Source of the DNA: Eledone cirrhosa
Taxonomy: Eukaryota
Direction: 5' to 3'
Assembly: GCA_964016885.1 (NCBI GenBank)
Contig: OZ024741.1
Span: 180,792,001-180,856,000 of the forward strand
Length of the DNA: 64,000 bases
In this document: in pieces, positions 56,058 to 64,000 of the stretch
How positions within the stretch are numbered: the first letter of the stretch is position 1
Layout of the letters: every line of letters starts with the position of its first letter
Made by a program: the position numbers and the translations under genes
The notes under the pieces: generated by a model
The model's input: the letters and a program-made list of their open reading frames with translations, nothing else
Told to the model about the DNA's origin: nothing
Database searches by the model: none

Positions 56058-57178
56058 ACTAGACCGAAAAATGCGGGCGCATGTGTATTAATATTCTTAA
56101 ATAATAATAATAAACCTGGAAAAGTACAGGACAAGTAGAATTAACTCTTAAAATATTGAAGCTGGAATTTGAATTTGATGAATTAAATGTACAATAATAA
56201 GCCTATGACATCACACTTAATGACAAGGAGGTGAAGGTTGTTAAGATGGCATGGAACAGGACGTTTTGGTGCAGGCATTTCTGTGCCAGCTGTTCGGCAC
56301 TGGCATGTGGAATGTTCATTCTTAGCTCTTTCATGGATAGATTTAGAATAACACAATAATGACCTAAAGAGAACCAAGATAATTTTTTACTCTAATTATT
56401 AATTAAATAATTAGAAACGATCTAGAAATCACCTTGATTCATTGGGAATGGCCTAGTTAATCTTTGGTGCTAATCTCTAAAAGATAGTCTCTGCTTTCCT
56501 CATAAGAAAGGAACAGTAATCCAGATTATCAATCAGAATGATATCGCACTTGATCACTAAATTTTCTTTTTGAAATACAGTTGACTATCTCTAATTGTCA
56601 CTCAAAGGAAATGTAAAAATGACTGACAATTAGGGAGAGTCACAAAAAGTAAAAGTTGGGCCAAAAATGGCGCTGGCAATTAGGGAGAGTCAACTGTAAT
56701 TCGATCTTGACTAATTTTAGCTTAACTTTTTTTAAAATGAAATTAGATTAATAATTTTAATATGATGACAATTTATGCAAAATTTAGCTCATTACTTTTT
56801 ACTATTAATTTCAATTAATTTTTAATGTCAATTTTTAAAGTAATACAGTATAATTAACCCACTAAAGGGACAAAAAAGTGACAACTTAAATGAACTGACA
56901 ATTTATGTACAAAAGATTGATGACATTAATTGCATTTGGTTGGCAAAATGGTGATTGCTGACTTAGGCAAACTGATGACTTAATATCTAATAAATCCCCT
57001 AATTCATTATTATTTCTTATTATCTCTTGGCATTGCTAATTTTACTGTACATTGAATTCATCAAATTCAAATTCCAGCTTCAATATTTTAAGAGTTAATT
57101 CTACTTGTCCTGTACTTTTCCAGGTTTATTATTATTTAAGAATATTAATATACATGCGCCCGCATTTTTCGGTCTAGT
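56058..57178. repeat. Approx. 135-bp inverted repeats with ACTAG...CTAGT outer ends
   Basis: ACTAGACCGAAAAATGCGGGCGCATG... (56058-~56195) vs ...CATGCGCCCGCATTTTTCGGTCTAGT (~57043-57178). Confidence 0.9.
56578..56696. mobile_element. Tc1/mariner-pogo-type MITE with TA TSD
   Basis: TA|CAGTTGACTATCTCTAATTG ... CAATTAGGGAGAGTCAACTG|TA. Confidence 0.7.
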
Positions 57179-57339
57179 ATATAATATATATAATATATAT
57201 ATATATATATTTAAAGAATGAAGAGTAACATGGTTATATATATATTTATTAAAATAACAGATTAAAGTTTGTATATATATATATATATTATATATATATA
57301 TTGTATATATATTATATATATTATATATATGTACATATA

Positions 57340-58200
57340 CTAGCAGTGGTACCCGGCATTGCATGGGATAAGGTATTTTGGAACGCGGGCCGCCAACAGA
57401 CCTAATCGTGGAAAAACTGCATGCCTGGACAATATGTAAAGAAAATAAACCGAATACTCTGATGGCTGGATAATCTTTAAGATTTTCCTTGATGAATCAG
57501 GAAAAATGCAGGTTTTCACCTAGGGGATCAAGAAAATGAATTTTTCTTATGTGCATAATATGCCTTGAAATTTCAGGAAAATCGGCTAGACGTAATGCCT
57601 CAAAAAAAGCCCTAAAAAGCTGAAAAAATGATGTTTTTCACCTAATGCTGTCCCTAGGCCATAAAAAAGTTGGATTTATTTTTGCTCACCGTATGAAGAA
57701 GAGACTGACTAATACATAGTTACAATTTCAAGGAAATCAATCTGACGTAACGCCTCAAAAAACCCCTAAAAAGCTTTTAAAATGCAGTTTTTCACCTAAT
57801 GCAGGTCCTAGGGGATGAAAAAGTTGAATCTTTTAGGTTAATAACACTCCTTGAATCATAAGTAATACACATGTAAAGTTTGAAAGAAATCGTTTGGGTA
57901 CTTCTTGAGTTTTAGGGATTCAAACTCACAGCCAGACATACAGACAGATATTATAAGGGCGCGACGTTATATGTATGTATCTATCTAAAAAGTGAAAGAC
58001 TAAGAATTATAGAGATAGATCGCTAAATCGCCTAATGCGGTCCCTAGGGCAGTGAACATTTGAAATTCTTTTTGCTCACTCCCTGAAACATAAGTATTAC
58101 ATTTGTAAAGTTTGAAAACAGTCGGTTTGGTGCTTCTCGAATTTTAGGGATTCAAACTCACACACACACAGACAGACATCCTCAGTTTTATATATATAGA
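57340..58200 (-). mobile_element. Non-autonomous Helitron with internal tandem repeats
   Basis: Minus strand A|TCTATATATATAAAACTGAGGATGTCTGTCTG 5' end; 3' CCCATGCAATGCCGGGTACCACTGCTAG|T; repeated TTTTCACCTAATGC..CCTAGG units. Confidence 0.8.
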
Positions 58201-58617
58201 TATTTTATATATATATATATATATATAATATATATATTATATATAAATATATATATAACTTTATATATATCATATCATTTCATTTTACGTCCACTTTTTC
58301 CCTGCTTGCAAGGGTGGGACGGGAACTGATTCTGGCTTGATTTCTACAGCTGGATGCCCTTCCTAACACCAACCTCATTTACAGTGAGTGGTGGGTGCTT
58401 TTTTGCTGTGGCACCTACACGACCACTTTGCAGTCGAATGATTTGGACCACAGTCCCTATCATCTCATTTCTACAGCTGAGTAAACTGGCGCAATGTGAA
58501 ATAAAGTGTCTTGCTCAAGGAAACAACACATCACCCGATCTGAGAATTGAACTCACAACCTTTCGATTGCAAGGCCAATGCTCTAACCACTAAGCCATGT
58601 GCCTCCATATATATATA

Positions 58618-58755
58618 TAAATCGATCTAGGTCGAAATTGCGCCCTCCCCCCTAAATATGGCCCCCCCCCCCCCCAAATATGGCGCCGTGGCATGTGCCC
58701 TGCTTGCCACACCCTAGCTACACCACTATATATATATATATATAATATATATATG

Positions 58756-58791
<36 letters not shown>

Positions 58792-58878
58792 TGGTGTAGT
58801 CGGGTGTGGCAAGCAGGGCACATGCCACGGGCACCATATTTAGGGGAGGGGGGCGCAATTTCGACCTAGATCGATTTA
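58618..58878. repeat. Inverted pair of hAT-like MITE termini facing each other across (TA)n
   Basis: ...TGCTTGCCACACCCTAGCTACACCACT (to 58727) and CAGTGGTGTAGTCGGGTGTGGCAAGCA... (from 58789); arms ~90-110 bp. Confidence 0.75.
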
Positions 58879-59019
58879 CATCTATGTTTTTATCATTTTT
58901 AAAAATATAAGCCAAAAATGAAGCATGTTATTTCTTGATAGCCGACTGCCATGCCATGTCTAGTGCACTAGACAGAGCAGATGTCTGATTTGACTTCACA
59001 AAAAAAATTGACATGTAAA

Positions 59020-59643
59020 AGCTGTCATGGGGTGTATTATATATAGTGTAAAGATAAGCCGGTGTCTTTAAACAATGAAGGTCAGGTGGCCATAAGAGTC
59101 ATTTATTATCTGATTTTTATACATCTGCCTCATGTCAGCTAGTTTTACACGCTAAAATCGTACATATACTATACTTCCCACCTAGATTGATGTTGTGATT
59201 ATTTCAAATAATTTATTGCTAGCATTGTTAGTATTGTTGTTATTGTTCTGATTGAATGCCATTACTACTATATATAGTAGCCATGCCTGTATACTCTTTT
59301 CATTCTCACAAGCTCCGATGAATTGACTGGTTATAACTTTGTATTGGTGATCGAATAACGTGAAAATAAGCGGGTAGCGATCTCTAGACCTACCAGTTCA
59401 GAGAAACAATTGTCAGCAATGAGATTAAAAACCTTTTTTGTATAGCAAACCGTGTCACTCTTCTTTCCTGATTTATCATTACTCCAAGTGTTTACAACAT
59501 AGGAATTACAGCGTACTCGCAGCATCACTATGGAAATGCCTTGTTAAGTCAAACTTAGCCAAGCGTTGATATCATCCACTACCCGGAGTACCATAACTGG
59601 ACTACACCTAAATGGACTACCTATAACAATAATTTGTTACCCC

Positions 59644-59650
<7 letters not shown>
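59020..59650 (+). mobile_element. Penelope-like non-coding element with hammerhead (copy 2)
   Basis: Homologous to 43480-44095; hammerhead GCT-CCGATGA...GAAAC-AATT-GTC-AGC at ~59304-59424. Confidence 0.65.
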
Positions 59651-59685
<35 letters not shown>

Positions 59686-59967
59686 GAGGTAGAACACGGG
59701 AAGGTAATATTTGTAGTGGTAGAGCACTCAGTCCATGGGATGAGTTAGGTCGAAGTGTAACACAACAGTTAGTTCACCATACCGAGAACAATTGTTTCAC
59801 CTTAGTGGATCTGGTTCTCTCCTCCCAGTGGCATGCATAGGTTTATCAACAGCTAGAAATAAGAGCCAATTCCTTTCAACATAAGAAGCTCTACTAATGA
59901 ACCTTATATATGATATATATATATATATATTATATATGTATATATTATATTATATATATATATATAT

Positions 59968-60330
59968 ATGAGGGGTAGTCAAAAATTATTCTCACTCTAG
60001 TTTCTGGCATTGAATAATTAGATTATTTTTTGACATAGTCTTCTTGCTTTTCCATGCACTTCTTCCTGTAGTCATCATCTGTAGCAAATTGTTTGAGGGG
60101 TCCAAAGAAGTGACAGTCAGAAGGGGCTAGATCTGTGGGCGTGCATTGTCACGCAACAACTACACTGACTTTGACAATAGACATTGGAGTAATCAAGGTC
60201 AAACCTTTGTTATGTAACCACAAGAGTACCATATTTTAGCATATGAGCACTGAAGGCAATGCAGCTAAGCTAAAGAAAGTTTTGCTGAAAGTGCAGATAA
60301 ATTGTTACTTCTTCTCGTATATATATTAAG
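59968..60330 (-). mobile_element. Internally deleted Mariner transposon remnant
   Basis: Minus strand DLAPSDCHFFGPLK, FATDD, KCMEKQEDYVKK*; TA-flanked TGAGGGGTAGTCAAAAA terminus; far boundary uncertain. Confidence 0.75.
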
Positions 60331-61127
60331 AAATAGAGATCAAAGTTTCAGTCCTACATGTTTTATTTGTAATCACATATAACACAGGCTCTACAAATGA
60401 CCAGCTCAGAGCATTAATCAGTTGCAATCAGATTAACCCTAGGATCAATTTGCTCACCAGATGCAATAGAGATTATGTGTGTGTGTATATTTTGGAGCTG
60501 CATCATTTCTGATGATAAGTGTTTCAGTTGATTCAATAAAGAGAACTGCCTGCCCATGGAATTAATGTGAACCCTTAACTTAGTTCTCAAAAAGATTCAG
60601 CATAACACAATGTGTGACAAGGCTGGCTCCTTGAATTAGAGGTACAACATTTTTCCAGCAGAATTGAATGGGGCAACAGGGAATAAAGCTGAAGGACACA
60701 ACACCTAGTCCAAGATCAACATAAAGATCTTACAATTGTGAGCCAAACACACTAACCACTAAACCATGTGCCTTCAGGTTTATATATTTGTGTGTGTGTG
60801 TGTGTGTGTGTGCGTGTGTGTGTGCTATGCATCTGGTGGTGGTCGGGTGTGAGGTTGTAATCCTTATATTTGCCCTAATCCAGAGATATTTTTAAAATTA
60901 AGTCAGTTTTAGGTGCATTTGGAGGCCATATAAAATGAATATTTGGATACATCCTTCCTCTAAAGGGGCAATATTTAGTATATTAAAATAACTGATGATA
61001 ATAATAATAATTGTTTCTACTATTGGCACAAGGCCAGCAATTAGCCAGTACATTACTGGTACTTTATTTTATCGACCCCGTAAGGATGAAAGGCAAAGTT
61101 AACTTTGACGGGATTTGAACTCAGAAT

Positions 61128-63590
61128 CATCATCATCATCATCACCGTTTTACGTCCGTTCTTCCATGCTAGCATGGGTTAAACGGGTTGTCCTGTTGTG
61201 GGCAGTGTCTGGTCGGCTGACCATGCCTTGCTCATACAGGAACTGATTTTGGCTTGGTTTCTACAGCTGGATGCCCTTCCTAACACCAACCTCATTTACA
61301 GTGAGTGCTGGGTGCTTTTTTCCGTGGCGCCTACACGTCCACTTTACAGTGTGGGCTGGGTGCTTTTTTGCCGTGGCACCTCCACGACCACTTTGCAGTG
61401 GGAGGGTGTGGGGGCATATTGTCTATATGCTTCAGCTTGTACCCATGGGAGGTCGAGTACTCTGTATTACTGCGTGACACCAGAGGTCATCGCCTTTGAG
61501 AGGTGCAACAGTGTAAGGTCGGCCCCTATCACCTCATCCCAGGTCTTCTTGGGTCTCCCCACTCCGCGGCTTCCATTGACTTCTAGTGCTCTGCACCTTT
61601 TTATGCATTTAGTCATCCTTCATACGCATCACATGCCCATACCAACGCATCCGCCTCTCCTGCACACATTTGATTCCTCTGATGCTCAGTCTCTCTCTCA
61701 ATTCATTTATGCTTTGCCGTTCGCGTATATTACTATTACACATCCACCGGAGCATGCAGGCTTCGTTTCTTTCTAATCTACGTAAGTCTTCCACCTTCAG
61801 CGCCCAGGTCTCACTACCATGTAACATTGCTGTTCGGATACACGCATCATACAGTCTGCCTTTCATTTTGAGGGAGAAGCCTTTTGCAGCTAGCAGTGGC
61901 AGTAGTTCCCTGAACTTCTTCCATCCCGTTCTTACTCTAGTTATTGTACTTTCTGAACACCCACCTCTGCTGCTAATTCGGTCACCTAGGTAGCAGAAGC
62001 TGTCTACTGTTTCTACAGAGCCCTCCCAGAGATTGGTGGTAATTGTTTCCTGTGGCTGTTTGCTGCTTGTTGTCCCAGCACAGCTGCTACATGTGAAGCC
62101 TACATTCTTAATTAAGCTTCCTGAGATCCCGCTACATCTCTTGTGTACCCATTGTTTGCATTTTGGGCAGAGAATGGAGTTCCTACCTACACCTTTCCTA
62201 CATACTGAGCAAGGCCATTTCCCTGAGGGGATCTGGGTTCTGTTTTCTCGTCTACTTACAAGGACCTTAGTCTTTGTCAGGTTGACTTTGAGACCCTTTC
62301 TTTCTAGTCCCTGCTTTCAAGTTTGGAATTTCTTCTCTAGTTCTACCATAGATTCAGCTATAAGTGCGAGGTCATCTGCATACAGGAGTTCCCATGGGCA
62401 TCCGGTCTTAAACTCCTCCGTTATTGCCTGCAGGACTATGATGAACAGGAGAGGGCTAAGAACAGAGCCCTGGTGGACACCAACCTGTACGCTAAATTCC
62501 TCGCTATACTCATTGCTAATCCTAACTTTGCTGACTGCTCCCCTATACATGGCTTGTACAGCTTTCACAAGCCATTCATCTACTCCTAGTTTTCTAAGAG
62601 CCCACCAGATTATAGCACGTGGAACTCTGTCAAAGGCTTTCTCGAGATTGACGAATGCCAGGTTGAGTGGCTTACTTTTAGCTAGGTACTTTTCCTGTAA
62701 CTGCCTCACAAGGAAGAGGGCATCAGTGGTGCCTCTTCCTGGTACAAACCCAAATTGCATCTCATCTAGTTTCACCTGGTCCCTAATCAACTGTGCTATA
62801 ACTCTTTCTGTTACTTTCATGATCTGGTCCATCAGCTTTATACCTCTATAGTTTCCTCTATCTAGTGCATCACCTTTACCTTTGTAGCAGTTGACAATGA
62901 TGCTACTGCACCAATCTTTTGGTATGACACCTTCTAGTATTACCTGGTTAACAATACGTGTGGTTATAGTGTGACATACTGATCCCGATGCCTTCAACAT
63001 CTCGGCAGCTAAACCCGATGGACGGTTGGCTTCCCCATCTTCATATCTTTGATTGCTTTACTTACTACGCTGCTGCTGACTTGTACTGCTGGCCCCTCTA
63101 TAGGGTCTACTTGGGGTAGGGTCTCTTCTTCCCATGCATTCTCCTTATTTAGTAATCTATCATAATGGCTCTTCCATGCATCTTTCTTCTCAGCACTTGT
63201 GAGGGCAAGCTCACCTTTATCATTCCGGATACACTTCTCTCCAATGACATCACAATTCTCTCTGACACACTGCCTCGCAGTCTTGAACACTTCCTGTTTC
63301 TGGTCCTCACGTTGCAAAACATGCTTGGATTTTCTGTCCTCTGCTTCCCTCCTAGCTAAGTATACTTGTCGCTTAGCTTCCCTCTTGGTCTCTATGTAAT
63401 GTACCCTGCTTCCCCCATTCTTCCATTCTTTCCATGCCTGTCTTTTGGCCTTAACTGCCTCATCTACCTTATTGTTCCACCACCAAGTCACTCTCCTCCT
63501 GCTTGTGGTCTTACTCCAGCCACAGATCTCATCCGTCGCATCTAGTAAGTTATTTTTTAGGAACTCCCAGTGCTCTTCTACATTGAATGG
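61128..63590 (-). mobile_element. RTE LINE subfamily B (older), 5'-truncated, inserted in a Meta SINE
   Basis: ORF pieces 63009-63593, 62317-63000 (LLYADD), 61609-61866; 3' half of a SINE at ~61005-61127. Confidence 0.93.
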
Positions 63591-63593
63591 CAA

Positions 63594-63830
63594 TAATAAT
63601 AATAATAATAATGATTTCTACTATAGGCACAAGGCCAGTAATTTGGAGGGAGGGGAAAGTCGATTAAATCGACTCCAGTGCATTACTGGTACTTTATTTT
63701 ATCTCCCCCCCCCCCCTCCGTAAGGATGAAAGGGAAAGCTAACCTCAGTGGAATTTAATCTCAGAAAATAAAGGGCCATAACTCTATGTTGTGAAGCATG
63801 GTGTCCAATGCTTTACTGAGACTGACAAAA
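63594..63830 (-). mobile_element. Meta-domain SINE (family 1, long variant)
   Basis: Reverse-complement match to ~26190-26405. Confidence 0.75.
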
Positions 63831-64000
63831 AAATGATTTATTAGCCATTTGGGCCCGCAATGTCGGGGACAATACACTGATAAAAAAAAAATATGACATT
63901 CGGATTTACATTGAGTAAAAGGACATTAACAATGGGAAAACTGGATATAGTAATAACAAAAAATTGTAATAAATAGTCATGGAAATTTTCCAAAACAATA

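Noticed and set aside
62033-62851. Long ORFs antisense to RTE RT (also 22751-23380, 8229-8630, 28483-28929)
   Set aside because: Shadow frames of the LINE ORF, repeated only because the LINE is repeated

Overview
Repeat-dominated, AT-rich animal genomic DNA, almost certainly non-bacterial. The SINE/LINE/microsatellite repertoire resembles coleoid cephalopod (Octopus-like) DNA; this assignment is an inference from recognised motifs, not a database result. The window holds one apparently intact RTE-clade LINE (7625-10795, APE+RT with a PHD finger inside the RT) and many truncated relatives. It also holds two tRNA-derived SINE families (Meta-domain; CORE-like with RTE tail), CR1 and Mariner remnants, two non-autonomous Helitrons and a ~3.8 kb TA-rich satellite. 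Host-gene signals are sparse: one clear alkaline ceramidase (ACER3-like) exon at 19074-19126 and a CpG-rich, NRF1-motif, possibly bidirectional promoter near 32.3-32.5 kb. The most unusual items are a decayed Helitron/Helentron-type Pif1 helicase fused in frame to a USP (peptidase C19) deubiquitinase-like domain (53.3-55.4 kb) followed by a CTAG-ended inverted repeat; a set of Penelope-type hammerhead ribozymes including long-stem-II and CCGANGA core variants; a twin-priming-like inversion in an RTE; and apparent tail exchange between LINEs and SINEs. Most ORFs in the supplied track are microsatellite or antisense artefacts. Element boundaries are read by eye and approximate.
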